From the NCBI RefSeq assembly GCF_006345805.1, contig NC_042999.1, forward strand, positions 25,792,001 to 25,856,000: 64,000 bases of DNA, written 5' to 3'. Positions within the stretch are counted from its first letter, which is position 1, and each line of letters begins with the position of its first letter. The notes below the pieces were generated by a model. That model saw nothing but the letters and a program-made list of their open reading frames with translations. It made no database searches and had not been told where the DNA came from. The stretch is from Octopus sinensis. Its lineage: Eukaryota. Shown here piece by piece: positions 1 to 13,029 of the stretch. Both the position numbers and the translations under genes were made by a program.

Positions 1-388
1 GTAAATAATGTAAATAAAGACATTTCTATTCTAAAGATGTCAATGCACATAATGATCACGTCCATGATTCTATAACGGCAGATACGTGCCATGCATGACA
101 CTTGCCCCTGTTACAACATATTATAAAACAGCTGCGAATGGTGTTCTAAATAAACATGTGTTGCCAAATAATAGTGAACTTTACTTCAACGATGCGTTCC
201 GTCCTATTATCAGGGACTAATTAATTGATTTGAGTCATTTTACCTAGCAATCACTCGTGGGGCGCTTCACTTTCTGGATCTGCTTTAGGTAAATCTATCT
301 GTCTAATTTGTATGCCCCTCTCTGTCTCTCTCTTTCTCTCTCTCTGTATTTCTTTGTCTCTCCCTCCGTCTCTCTGTCTGTCTGCCTA

Positions 389-441
<53 letters not shown>

Positions 442-442
442 G

Positions 443-480
<38 letters not shown>

Positions 481-618
481 CATATATATACATATATATA
501 AACTTACTTGGAGAAGAGAAATAACGCGTGTGTTCGGTCATATAATAATATAGTAAATAAAATATTTGCATATATACATACATATATGTACATACTTACA
601 TCTACATGTATATAAACA

Positions 619-737
<119 letters not shown>

Positions 738-738
738 G

Positions 739-960
739 AGTACAGGACACCACAAATAAACGTAGAACACAACGAGAGACGAAAACATAAAATCAAACAA
801 GGAAACGGACATTTTTTAACAACGAAAAAACAAGGAAGCGGACTTTTTTTAAAACAACGAAAAAACAGAGTACAGGAGAAACAATACAAGGAAAATTCCC
901 CTTCATCAGCTGCCCCTGACCGGCGAAATTTCAATTCGGGACGTAAAGACGTACAAAATG
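739..960 (-). repeat. Probable PLE-derived terminal-repeat fragment with internal ~35-bp tandem duplication
   Basis: Non-microsatellite block between (TA)n tracts. It has a duplicated acaagga..cggac..tttt..aacaacgaaaaaac unit and an isolated CTGATGA on the minus strand (902-908), as in PLE 3' repeats. Confidence 0.35.
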
Positions 961-1694
961 TCGCTAGATCTTTGCCCGCACGGTAAAGATTCAGTTTGTT
1001 CATCACTTTACACTAACAGAATATTAATATGCTCTTTGTTATCCGAGAAAAAACTACAGTTATTTCGAAAACTGTAAAAAACGTTAGAAGCTTATAGAGA
1101 CAAATTCTTTTGATAATTTTCTTTGAAAAAAAGAAAAAAAGAAAATCTTTATATGGCGTAAAATATCCATCTAAGTCGTATTGAAGTATACGTTCAGGAG
1201 ACTACTGAGAAAGCCATGGTCCTTGTACACTTGTCCTCTATACAACGTTGTGAGTTATCGATTATTTTTCACCTTACGTCAAGAAGTAAACGATCTTAAC
1301 CATCGAACGAATTCGAAGATATAATATGCTTATAACAAATCTTAATATACTGTACTACATGCTTATTTTCATATCAAAGTTCATATGACCACACTTCAGT
1401 CCAGATACGCATTGAAGGAAGATGAAATGCTGTTACACTGAATAGCGAACTCGAAGAAAAACGAATTCAATAATTTTTAAAAAAATCATCAGTAATATAG
1501 GCGAAAGAATAGTTGTATGCTTTAAACGTTTGGTTTGTGTCCGAGTGGTTCCCGGTTCTGTCATATGTAGTGCATGCGCAAATTCATCTTCTATAACCTC
1601 GATCTTGTGTTTCAAGCGAAATTTGTAAGTGGAAGCATATCACGTGTATTCATGTACACACACACACAGACACACACAAGCACACACACACACG

Positions 1695-1731
<37 letters not shown>

Positions 1732-1737
<6 letters not shown>

Positions 1738-2197
1738 AGGTGCTGAAAAGTTCCTGTCGTTGGGTAAAAAAAAACCCAGGATGATCAGCTAATTATGATT
1801 TTATACAAGAGAATCCTCTCTCAGATTCACACACTATCTACGACGATTTCATCTCAACCGAAGGAGAGGAGGTTTTCTCCGTCCGGATTGCGGATCCGTG
1901 GAATAAGCTGCCGGACCAGATACTGAAGATGCCGACGACCGCTCGGTTCAAAGTCTCTCTTGACCAGAAATGGCCTGAACTCTTTGTATGACCACCCTCC
2001 CTGTACATAACTCCCTGTCCTCCTACATGGCCTTGCTTTTGCTTTTTGAGCCAATAAAAATTGAATGGAATTGAATTGAATTGAACTTATTACAGTGGTC
2101 CATCAGGTTTTCTAAGGCCAGTAAAAGAACTCGGGAGTTTTGGCTTCCAGCCAGGCTTTTCATGATATCTGTAATAACAGGAACATTTTAGCAGCTC

Positions 2198-2203
<6 letters not shown>
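1732..2203. mobile_element. Mariner-type MITE, interrupted by a LINE fragment
   Basis: Imperfect TIRs acgaggaggtgctgaaaagttcctg (from 1732) and caggaacattttagcagctcctcata (2178-2203). The right end abuts TA. Removing 1836-2087 leaves a ~220-bp element. Confidence 0.65.
1836..2084 (+). mobile_element. CR1-group LINE 3' fragment with (AATTG)n tail
   Basis: Translates HLNRRRGGFLRPD/FSVRIADPWNKLPDQILKMPTTARFKVSLDQKWPEL (one frameshift). This matches the CR1/L2 C-terminal FSxRxxxxWNxLP...FKxxLD motif. It ends in gaattgaattgaattga and has 3-bp act duplications at 1833-1835 and 2085-2087. Confidence 0.75.
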
Positions 2204-2248
<45 letters not shown>

Positions 2249-2384
2249 CTGTGTGTGTGTGTTTACACACAGACACAGACACACAAAAAAAAATTAACTA
2301 GACAGACAAATAGATATATAGGGAATTTAGGTATATGTTTGCACTCATGCACACATGCTGTCACATACATATAAATATGTTTCA

Positions 2385-2720
2385 GGTTTCTCACTGTGGT
2401 AAGAAATTTGTCTTTTTAACCACATGATTCTGGTTTCCCTTGGACAAGTGTCTTCTACTGAAACCCGACTAAAGCCTTACGAAAGGGTTTGGTTAATGGA
2501 ATTTAAAAGATCATCGTATGTGTGTCTTTAAAAGATCATATGTATGTGTGTCTTTATGTTAGAGTTAGTCCACCACCAGTGATTGACAACCTCTTTTGTT
2601 TTGTTTACGTCTCCGTACGTAAGATGTTCGGCAAAGAGACCGACATATTAAATATCAAGCTTTAAAATGTGTGCTGTGTTAACCTGATTGGAACAATTAC
2701 CCTGACTTAAAAGTAAAAGT
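2385..2720 (+). mobile_element. Diverged tRNA-derived SINE, family A
   Basis: Decayed similarity to the 19033-19430 copy (accacatg.ttc, cttggacaagtgtcttctact, gttcggcaaagagaccga). Confidence 0.5.
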
Positions 2721-2987
2721 TATATTCACATATATTTTAACATATTTCAGTATCGATTGGTTAGTCGCATTCAGCATGAAACTGTTATGCTTTTATTTCT
2801 GATTTGTTTATCGAAAAATACACACCAATGAGCAATAAATACAGTTAATTTCAAGAGAAACGGGGCGAAAAAAGGAAAAGAGTAGAGATTCAAACAAAAA
2901 ACGATAAAGAGAATGAAGATCAAAGCGTATTAAAGTTTGAGATGTCACTGCGTCTTACTTATTTTCTCTGTGATGTTTTCATTCGCT

Positions 2988-3034
<47 letters not shown>

Positions 3035-3158
3035 CCTTACCCTCTCACTTCTTTACTCTCCCTCTACCTGCATTTATTTGGAGTACTCTTGAATTATAAA
3101 TGTTATCTTTCTTCTATTGTGTGTGTGTGGTATAAAATGAATGTGTGTGTGTACAATA

Positions 3159-3189
<31 letters not shown>

Positions 3190-3190
<1 letters not shown>

Positions 3191-3312
3191 AAATATTAGG
3201 GAAAAAATGAGATTTAGGATTAAATCCAATTTTATAGTAATATATTAAATTTTTTTATGTATTGATTAAGTCTGTCCTTGTTTGTTTTGCAAAATAGTGG
3301 TTTTGTCTCGAA

Positions 3313-3355
<43 letters not shown>

Positions 3356-3620
3356 ATATAGGGTAAACAATTATTCATTTATAATAATAAATTTCACCAA
3401 GTAGTTTCGGTATGGAAAAGAACCATATTCGATAAAAACTTATACAAGAATTTTCATATATAATTATAGCAATAATTTACCTGTGTGAGTTACAGAGAGG
3501 GTTGTCTGTGGAGTCGTATTTTGTAGCGAAAAGAAATAACGGTCTTTTGGCTGCTATTTCTAATTTTTTCGGTATGTGGTTAAGCAACTCGTTGCTAAAC
3601 CCTTAATTATTGTTATATAT
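3190..3620. repeat. PLE-like terminal-repeat fragments in mixed orientation
   Basis: 3190-3325 matches parts of 24510-24665. 3360-3615 matches parts of 54200-54330 and 54690-54760 (tttggctgctatttcta...cggtatgtgg...cgttgctaaacc). Confidence 0.5.
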
Positions 3621-3669
3621 ATATATATATACACATCCACACCCACACGTATATATATATATATATATA

Positions 3670-3865
3670 GTTAATCCAAACATGAAAACACAAAGAGAAC
3701 ACAGAACGAGTACGTGGAACAAATATAGTATTATTAGACGCTCAGGAAGGAAGGGAAGAAGGAGGGTTTAACTTTTCGAGCGGAGATCATCGTCGAAAAT
3801 ATAGGAGAAGGAAAGATCCAGAGAGGGAAGACGGAGGAAAAAAATCGCCAACGTACACACGCGGT

Positions 3866-3870
<5 letters not shown>
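3670..3870 (-). repeat. PLE-like terminal repeat with degenerate hammerhead (family of 45674-45870)
   Basis: Co-linear with 45674-45870 (ttaatccaaac.tgaaaacacaaagag ... aaaaatcgccaacg). Core degenerate on the minus strand (tcgacga...gaaaa). Confidence 0.6.
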
Positions 3871-3947
<77 letters not shown>

Positions 3948-3961
3948 CTACATTGATATAT

Positions 3962-4115
3962 ACGACAGGCTTCTTTCGTTCTCCGTCAAATAAATCCACT
4001 AGCAAGGCTCGTATTCGGCCTGGGGCTATAGTTGAAGATACATGGGCAAGTTTTCATGCAATGGGACTAAAACCGAGACTATGTGGTTGGGAACGAAATT
4101 TCTTATCACAGGGCC
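3962..4115 (-). mobile_element. tRNA-derived SINE family A, head half
   Basis: acgacaggcttctttc...aaatccact...ggggctatagttgaaga...atgtggttgggaacgaa matches 42153-42317. Confidence 0.7.
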
Positions 4116-4239
4116 ACACCTACGCCTAAGCCACACTTGTACATGTCCACACAAAATCACTCGCGGTTGTGTTTGTGTCTGTTTACAAATAATTATTTCA
4201 CTCCATCACTACGAGAACAGAAAATATGCTACGACCTCC

Positions 4240-4275
<36 letters not shown>

Positions 4276-4818
4276 ATATTTATGTATGTAGGTATATTTG
4301 TGTATGCGTATATTTGTACGTATTTGATAGAGAGGGTAACAAAAATAAAAGAGGCAACGTCGTTCCAACATTTATTACATCTTGATATATTTCCTTCTCT
4401 CAACCAATTCCGTTTTTAAATCTTCCCTCTTTTGATTTTAGTTGTTTTTTTTTCTCTTGCATATAACTCTGTTTATTGCTTCTTGGTGTGCATTTTTGCG
4501 ATAAACAAATCGGAAATCAAAGCAAATCGTTTCATGCTCAAAATGGAACCTACAAATCAATTCTAAAATGCTTTGAAATTATCTACGAAAACCTAATATT
4601 CGTTCTCAACAACGAAGGGAGGTAAAAGTACTTATAAATAAGACTTTGATCGATCTTTTAATAAAACTGTGGTCATCTTAAAAAAAAAATCTAGCGAGTA
4701 AAATAAGAGAGATAACTGGATACTATTTCTAGTAAAGGTGATATCAAAATTTCGTTGATTTCAATATATGGGTGTGTGATGAGAAGTTGCGGAAACACGC
4801 CCATCGTATATATATATA

Positions 4819-4901
<83 letters not shown>

Positions 4902-4959
4902 TGGTGTGTGGTGTGTGTGTGTGTTGTGTGTGTTTTGTGGGTGTGTGTGGTGCGTACGG

Positions 4960-5130
4960 GTGTTCTTACGTCCCCGCTACTTAGCGGTTCCACAAAAGAT
5001 ATGATAATTGCGATGATATAAGTACCTGGTTTTAACAAAATAAGTATTGGGGTCGACATGTTTGAATAAAAAAATTATTCAGTGCGGTGTCCCTGTATGA
5101 CATCAGTCTCATGATTGAAACAAATAAAAG
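4960..5130 (+). mobile_element. SINE family A, diverged tail half
   Basis: ttacgtccccgctacttagcggttcc...aataagta.tggggtcga...gcggtgtcc...tgaaacaaataaaaga. Confidence 0.5.
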
Positions 5131-5497
5131 AATGCATAAACATAAAGAATATTGCCAAATCTTTCACTGATAGATATTCCGCTCCTATGCCAAGCAGGAC
5201 AGTTTTACACGTTCGCTCAGCCTACTAAAATGAGCAACCTTCAAATTATACACTATTATCATTTTAATGATAAGAATATGACAATAGCAAATATCGAACG
5301 AGAAATCGCCAAAAGTAAAGAACAGATACTTCTGAAGGTCTTTCATAGATTCTATCCGGTAGGATAAGGTGCTAAATAATGAAAAGAATGAGGAAGAGAG
5401 CAATACATATTCTATCCATCCACCGTAGAGCCATCTGACCTGAGCAATAGATGTTACAATTCTGGTGACAGTTAGCAAAGCGTTAGCCCGTTAAACT

Positions 5498-5715
5498 ATA
5501 TTCTTTTCTACTCTAGAGACAAGGCCTGAAATTTTCGGGGAGGGGGCCAGCCGATGAGATCGATGCCAGGAGGCAACTGGTATTTAATTTATCGACCCCG
5601 AATGGATGAAAGGCAAATTCGACCTCTTCAGAATTTAATCTCCGAACGTAAAGACAGACGAAATAACGCTAAGCATTTCGCCCGGCGTGGTAATGTTTCT
5701 GCCAGCTCGCTGCCT
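5498..5715 (-). mobile_element. tRNA-derived SINE family B (tail type 2)
   Basis: Minus strand begins aaggcagcgagctggcagaaac (A-box-like head shared with 22889 and 56227). The tail ends ...ctagagtagaaaagaata. Confidence 0.8.
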
Positions 5716-5789
5716 TTACCCGAACGTTATATTGCTACAGCTAAAGCCTGCTTTTAGAACAACAGAGATACACACATATAACAGTTTCA

Positions 5790-5820
<31 letters not shown>

Positions 5821-5835
5821 TGTATGTATGTATGC

Positions 5836-5881
<46 letters not shown>

Positions 5882-6204
5882 TTAGAGATAAATTTTCCCT
5901 GTAAGTTTGGATTTACTCCCTAATATTATTATTATTATTATTATTAATTATTATTATTATTATTATTATTATTCTTATTATTATTATATATATATAAATT
6001 TTAATACTTTGGTGTAATAATATTTTCCCTATGTAAATATCGTTGTTTATGTAATGATCTAATTATCGTAATTTTCTATATTATTAGATATTAAATTTAA
6101 GTTTATTCGTAAGATTTGTTGTTTGATAGCAAGTATACGAGGTGTCTAAAGTTAGACTTTTGTATATACAAGTATTAATAGTATTACTTGTAGTTTTAAA
6201 TTTC

Positions 6205-6500
6205 TCATAATTAAAATTAGATAAACTTTGATAAACTTAGATATGTTTCGACTAAAGATTGGTGTAGGCCATGTCTAACTTTATAGCATAACTTAGTTAA
6301 TGTCTTTTTGAATTGATATTCGCTAGTTATTTCCATTGATAATTATATTTATAGTATTTATAGTATTTATTCGATACTATATAACTACGAATTGATTATT
6401 TCTATAAGTATTTTACATAAGATTTCCGAAAGTTCGTTTAAGTTTGTTTCTTTGTATTTTTGAAATTAGCTATTCCATCTTTAAATATGAAAAATTAATT
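6205..6500 (-). pseudogene. Heavily AT-shifted 3' relic of the CR1-group LINE family at 39130-41325
   Basis: 6233-6295 aligns to the reverse complement of the LINE 3' UTR and tail at 54/63 identity. Faint NFKRT..K..CKI and IFK motifs upstream echo NFKQSLDRFLQRIP and LFN. Confidence 0.6.
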
Positions 6501-6859
6501 TATTAGGTTTTTATTATATATGCATATATATTTATTTATAGAGATTATTTTAGATCTTAATTATAATATTTATATACATTTATATATTTTCGTTGATAAT
6601 TTTTATATACAATAGTCATTTTGTTTTTTAAATATTTATGTAATTAGATATAGACTACTACCGATTTTAGATTATTGGTGGGTTTCCTACCTTATAAACA
6701 AAAATTAATATTTAACATTATAATCGATTTTGATATAATCATAATTGTTAAGTTTTAAGTTTCTAGTTTGATAATAGAATTTATTATAAGTAAAATTATT
6801 ATATTATTTATATCTTAAAAATATTGTTTAAATATTTCTGATTATTTTTAAAATATTTC

Positions 6860-6963
6860 AATTAACCTGAAGATTGACTGTAACCATAACTCGAATTATT
6901 AATTGAATTTAAATTATAGTCATTCGAATTGGTACAGCCATGAAACGATCATCGTAGTGTTTT
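6860..6963 (+). ncRNA. Hammerhead-like motif with enlarged stem II
   Basis: CTGAAGA at 6867-6873; tgactgtaacc/ggtacagcca arms; GAAA at 6942-6945; palindromic stem III ACGAT-C-ATCGT; GTA triplet at 6954-6956. Stem I is weak. Confidence 0.4.
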
Positions 6964-7359
6964 ACTCTTTATCTTTTATTAAACTTTTAATACTTTTGAT
7001 ATATATATAAAAAATAAATAAATATATATATAGATAAATAAATAAATTAATAAATAAAATAATATATAAATATTAAAATATACATACATACATATATATA
7101 TATCTGTATATATATATACAATTTATAGTTTAAATTATTTAAATACATTTTTATTTTTAACTTTTATATTTTAAATTAATTTCATGCATTGGCTTATGTT
7201 TTTCACTGTTGATTTGCCTAATAGTGGTTTATCTCTAATTTAATATTATATAATATATATATATATTATATATATAATTATTATATATATATATATATAT
7301 ATATATGCTCATATATATACACACACAACACACATACACACACATATATATATATTGAA

Positions 7360-7511
7360 AATTGTAATTTAGGGTATCCAAGAGATACCGCCACACTGAA
7401 AATAGCAGCCACAACCTTACTCTAAAAAAACATTAAATGTTCATATATCACCACCTTTTGGCTGCTATTTCCAGCGTGGCGGTATCTCTCATATACCCTA
7501 AATTATAATTT
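7360..7511. repeat. Fold-back element (~55-bp arms) of PLE-like terminal sequence
   Basis: aattgtaatttagggtat..agagataccgccac.ctg.aaatagcagcca / tggctgctatttccagcgtggcggtatctct..ataccctaaattataatt. A third copy of the arm lies at ~7903-7960. Confidence 0.7.
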
Positions 7512-9259
7512 TAATAATTATTACATTTGAAGGTTTTATTCCCATGCTGCCCACTTGATAAGATCGATATTTAAATTAACAATCTTATCCTTATTTATAT
7601 AAATTATAAATTTATTTCGTCATTGTATTTACTGGGGTGATGTTTTAGCCATATGGCACAAAGAGTTATAAGGCGGGCAACTTAAACTGGTCGTGTTGCA
7701 TACGTGCATATATATGTATACGTTCGTATATATATAAGTATTCGCATGTTATATATATATATGCATTTATGTTACTTTTGCGTATATTCCATTGTAGAGG
7801 AAAAGCATTTTTAATGCAAAGCCAGAAATCCCTGATCTGGAATTATCCGGTGATTCTTTGCTAGTTTATTTTGTCTTTTTGTCTTCGTGGTTTAGAATCA
7901 GGTTTTGGCTGCTATCTCCAGCGTGGCGGTATCTCTTAGATACCCTAAATTATAATTATAATTATATATATATATATAGTCAAACGCAAGTGTTATTCAA
8001 ATCATTCATACTTCCAATATATGTTTCGAAGAGATCATTGAGATTATTCTGGAGGGAATAAAACTTATGTAAAATAATGCAATCATCTCGCCAGGGTAAA
8101 AAGAGAAGCAAAACACATCAATAAGCCATTTTAACCGAATGTGATTACGAAGGGGAACGCTGTCAAGTTATTATTTAAAAAACATTTATAGATTTAACGT
8201 CAAAAGCAATTCATAGAACGATAAGTGAGAGAAAGAAAGAAATTAACGGAAAATTAAGAGTGGAGAAATATAGTTTGGTAGATGAATGGGAATAAAGCTT
8301 AAAGTCTGGAAATATATATATATATATATATATAATATATATATAAATGTACTGAGAATGAAATGTCAGAAGACATTTAAAGGTCGAATTTTATAGATTG
8401 GTAGAAATTACTTATAGGAACTAAATGTATGTTTTTGCCAATGTTTACAACGATAAACACGTTCTTTAAACTTGTTTACAAGTCTCCAAGAAAAGGATGA
8501 GAAATTGTTTTTTGATACAGAGCGGACAAAGAAATTTCCCTTTGTGATATGGGAAGGATTGAGGTAGAATTTTCCATTCCAAATTGAATTGTTCCTTTAG
8601 AAACTAAATTAATTTACTAAGTACAATATTGTTACGTTCATTGTTATGTCTAAGTGTAGAGTAATGGTTAGATATTCTTTTCTACAACTGAGACGATGAG
8701 CAAACTATATAAAAAAAACAAATTATAACCAGAAGTACATTTACATTGATAAATACAGTTTCTAGTCTTAGAATTACTGCGACAGAAATATTAATACTGT
8801 TGTTATTATTGTTCAAAGAATGGTAATCGTTAATAATATCGATGTTATTATTTTCAATAAGTGGATTTGTATTTAACAATTTATTGTTGTACGAAGAGAT
8901 GGTTTGTGAAAGGATTTTGGTGTTTGAAAACCATATCCTAATTCGGTTTAAAATGAAAATGGAATGCTATCTGGAATTTTTTTGACAATTCTTATTTATA
9001 GCTTCACGAAACTGGTAAGGGAGGTTGGATTCGATCTGCTAATAATATGGAATGATCAGTCAAACAGTTTTACTAGGACACACGATGTTACCAGGGTAAT
9101 TATCTTTAAAAGGCCTAGACTTATTTTTATTATGTATAGATATAAGGAACGGTTATCTTCCTTACGCAGCAAAGTTAAATTTTTCGACTCATTTATTCAT
9201 TTTTCCCGTGTTATTTGTACACATTGAAAAAGTACTCATGCATTTATGTATATATATAT

Positions 9260-9321
<62 letters not shown>

Positions 9322-9333
9322 ATATGTATGGTT

Positions 9334-9800
9334 TTTTATATAAGCTTAAAGCTTATGGCGATCACCATGCAAAGACTAAGGAAAATAATATAATAACGGG
9401 GCATATAAGCCCTCGATAGAAAAATGAAGGCTTTCCTACCCGCTTGGGATACGAACCCACATCCCTTTGTTAATGCGTGTTACTTTTGCACCAGCAAATT
9501 TGCCTCCCTGTTGCTGTCAAATTTAAGAACTATATTAGTCCTTATTTTTTTATGTAAAAAAAATTTTCGTTATGCTTTCGGTGCGAATGGTTTTGTTATT
9601 CGGTCCTGTATTTTACAATCCTGTAAATAATAATAGTGGTACTTTTATATAAGCTTAAAGCTTATGGCGATCACTGTGCAATGACTAAGGGAAAATAGTC
9701 TAAGAACGGGACATATAAACCCTCGATAGAAAAAAAGAAGGGTTACCTACTATTGTAAAATACGACGCCGCATAACAAAACCGTTCGCACCGAAAGCATA
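9334..9800. repeat. Composite cassette: ~105-bp direct repeat plus ~50-bp inverted repeat, with a tRNA T-arm-like motif
   Basis: Direct repeats 9334-9440 and 9643-9750. Inverted repeats 9571-9619 and 9752-9800. Minus-strand gtgggttcgtatcccaag (B-box-like) at ~9444-9462. Confidence 0.7.
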
Positions 9801-9810
9801 TACGTTTATA

Positions 9811-10495
9811 AAAGGTATCAGTAAGCGGATTTCGAACTTATCTTCTAATAAAGATATATTCGACGCAGGGGTTCCCGCTTACAAGGAGGCGCTAGCGGCC
9901 AGTGGGTTCAAGGACCATATAGTATATACACCAGGAACGAGATACTGTAAAAGAAAATGCCACCGCAAGAACTAATGGTTCGCTCCCCGCTACTCCCGAG
10001 TCATACGGACATGCATAGGTAGGATTTTTCTTAGGTTGGTGGATAAGCATTTCGCGTTATCACACAAATATAGGAAGATGTTTAAGAGAGATAGTTTAAG
10101 GATCTCTTTCAGTTGTGCACTCAATGTTAAGAAAAAATTACGTAGCACTCCTACACCACTGTCAGAGGAAAGTAGTTCATGCAGGATTAGAAATTAATGC
10201 CCAGTGGATGGTCGCTGTAACACCGAGGCTACAGTGTACCAAGCAATGGTAATCTCAAACAGGAGCAGTATAAATAACAGTAACATCAATGCCAATACAG
10301 GGACATACACTAAAATTTCAGGGTACCAGAGAGACGCAACGCAACGACGTATGGCGCCTAAAGGACGATCGTACGCTCTTTAACATCAGATGGAAATTAC
10401 TAGAAACTTTTGGACCCAATCGCAATGGAACAATGCTATGTTAATGGCAGAAAGATACGTAATTCTCACATGAGCCAAGAGACTATCTGAACTCC
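9811..10495 (+). pseudogene. Penelope-like element, RT thumb / GIY-YIG fragment
   Basis: KGISKRISNLSSNKDIFD...YKEALAASGF...*WFAPRYS...CIGRIFLRLVDKHF..SHKYRKMFKRDSLRISFSC...CRIRN*CPVDGRC...VYQAMV, then (shifted) VWRLKDDRTLFNIRWKLL. These are PLE motifs (WFNPPYS, IGKxFLxLIDKHF, CxCxxxxxCPLxGxC, WxLKD..IxWxIL). Stops and frameshifts present. Confidence 0.85.
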
Positions 10496-10502
10496 AGGAC
10501 GT

Positions 10503-11625
<1,123 letters not shown>

Positions 11626-11914
11626 TCTTAATCATCAGCGTCATTACCATCATCATAATGTTTACTCCCATTTCCACACGTTTGCAGAAAGTGAATGGTT
11701 AATTTGTTTAATGTATCACTCTATTGAATTTCATCCATTGTTAATGCTTTGTAAAGTTGGAAAACGTGTCTTCTTTTATATGTCTTTAACAGTTTTTCTC
11801 TTCTGTAATAAGAACCAGCATGCAACTTTTTTACAAACTATCATTCAGTCCATGACTAAACCTTAAAGATACCTCTGCAGTCTTGTACTTCCGCACGCAG
11901 AGAATTATACAAAT

Positions 11915-12070
11915 ATCGATTTCAAATTTTGTTACAAGGTCAGCAATTTCTCGGGAGGGACAATGTCAATCGAAAACTACTTATTTCATCGAACTCGAAA
12001 GGATGAAAAGCAAAGACCTCAGCAGCATTGGAAGTCAGAACGTGTAAAGGGACAAAATGCGGCTAAGCAT
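11915..12070 (-). mobile_element. SINE family B remnant
   Basis: tacaaggtcagcaatttc.cgggaggg...tcgaactcgaaaggatgaaaag.aaagacctc.gc...cagaacgt...gctaagcat. Confidence 0.55.
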
Positions 12071-12150
12071 ATCTACTATAGCTATAACATATTTACTATC
12101 ACTATTAAAAATATATGCTTCGGTATATGTAATGAAATATGAGATATATA

Positions 12151-12562
12151 CTCTTTACTCTTACTCTTTTACTTGTTTCAGTCATTTGACTGCGGCCATG
12201 CTGGAGCACCGTCTTTAATCGAGCAACTCGACCCCGGGACTTATTCTTTTTGTAAGTCCAGTACTTATTCGATCGGTCTCTTTTGCCGAACCGCTAAGTA
12301 ACGGGGACATAAACACACCAGCATCGGCTGTTAAACAATGCTAGGGGTACAAATACAGACACACAACCATAGACACGCATACATATATATACATATATGC
12401 GACGGGCTTCTTTCAGTTTCCGTCTACCAAATCCACTCATAATGCTTTGGTCGGCCCGAGGCTATAGTAGAAGACACCTGCCCAAGGTGCCACGCAGTGG
12501 GACTGAATCCGGAACCATGTGATTGGTAAACAAGCTACTTACCATACAGCCACGCCTGCGCC
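12151..12562 (-). mobile_element. Full-length tRNA-derived SINE family A
   Basis: Reverse complement of 19033-19430. Internal (TA/CA) microsatellite; (AAGAGTA)n-like tail. Confidence 0.9.
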
Positions 12563-13029
12563 TATATGTATACATGATAAGTATAATTGCTTTTTCCTAT
12601 AAATTTTAAGGTACGTGTTTTACGTACATATCTGTGTATGCCTTTTCCACATATGCAAGTATACGGGCGTTTAACCTTATATATGTATACAATTTATACC
12701 TTCTGATATATCTGACTTATTACGTTTATACATTTTGTATGTTGAAATTTGAACTGGCAAAATAGAAATTTATCTATTTCTTTAACTTCACTTGTCTCAT
12801 TCTTTAAGTTAACTTTACGTTGGTTGAAGAGTGAAAGCACAACGGCATTTTTCTGAATAACATCATTTTCTGCAGAATGGATTATATGAACAAGAACACA
12901 TCTCAAAATACATTGTCTGAAGAATGATAAAGAGAGATGGACTAAAGAGGTTATGAAGAGAGAGTGAATGAAAAAGTATGTGAGGGAAAAACAGAGTGGT
13001 AAAAGAAGATAATTGCGAGAAAGAAATAG

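Noticed and set aside
895-950. Minus-strand CTGATGA with a nearby GAAA/GTC
   Set aside because: No GAAA follows stem II and no stem I can be formed, so it is not a complete hammerhead.
6655-6666. ctactaccgatt, a 12-mer also found in 18S rRNA
   Set aside because: Flanks show no rRNA similarity; a chance match is likely.
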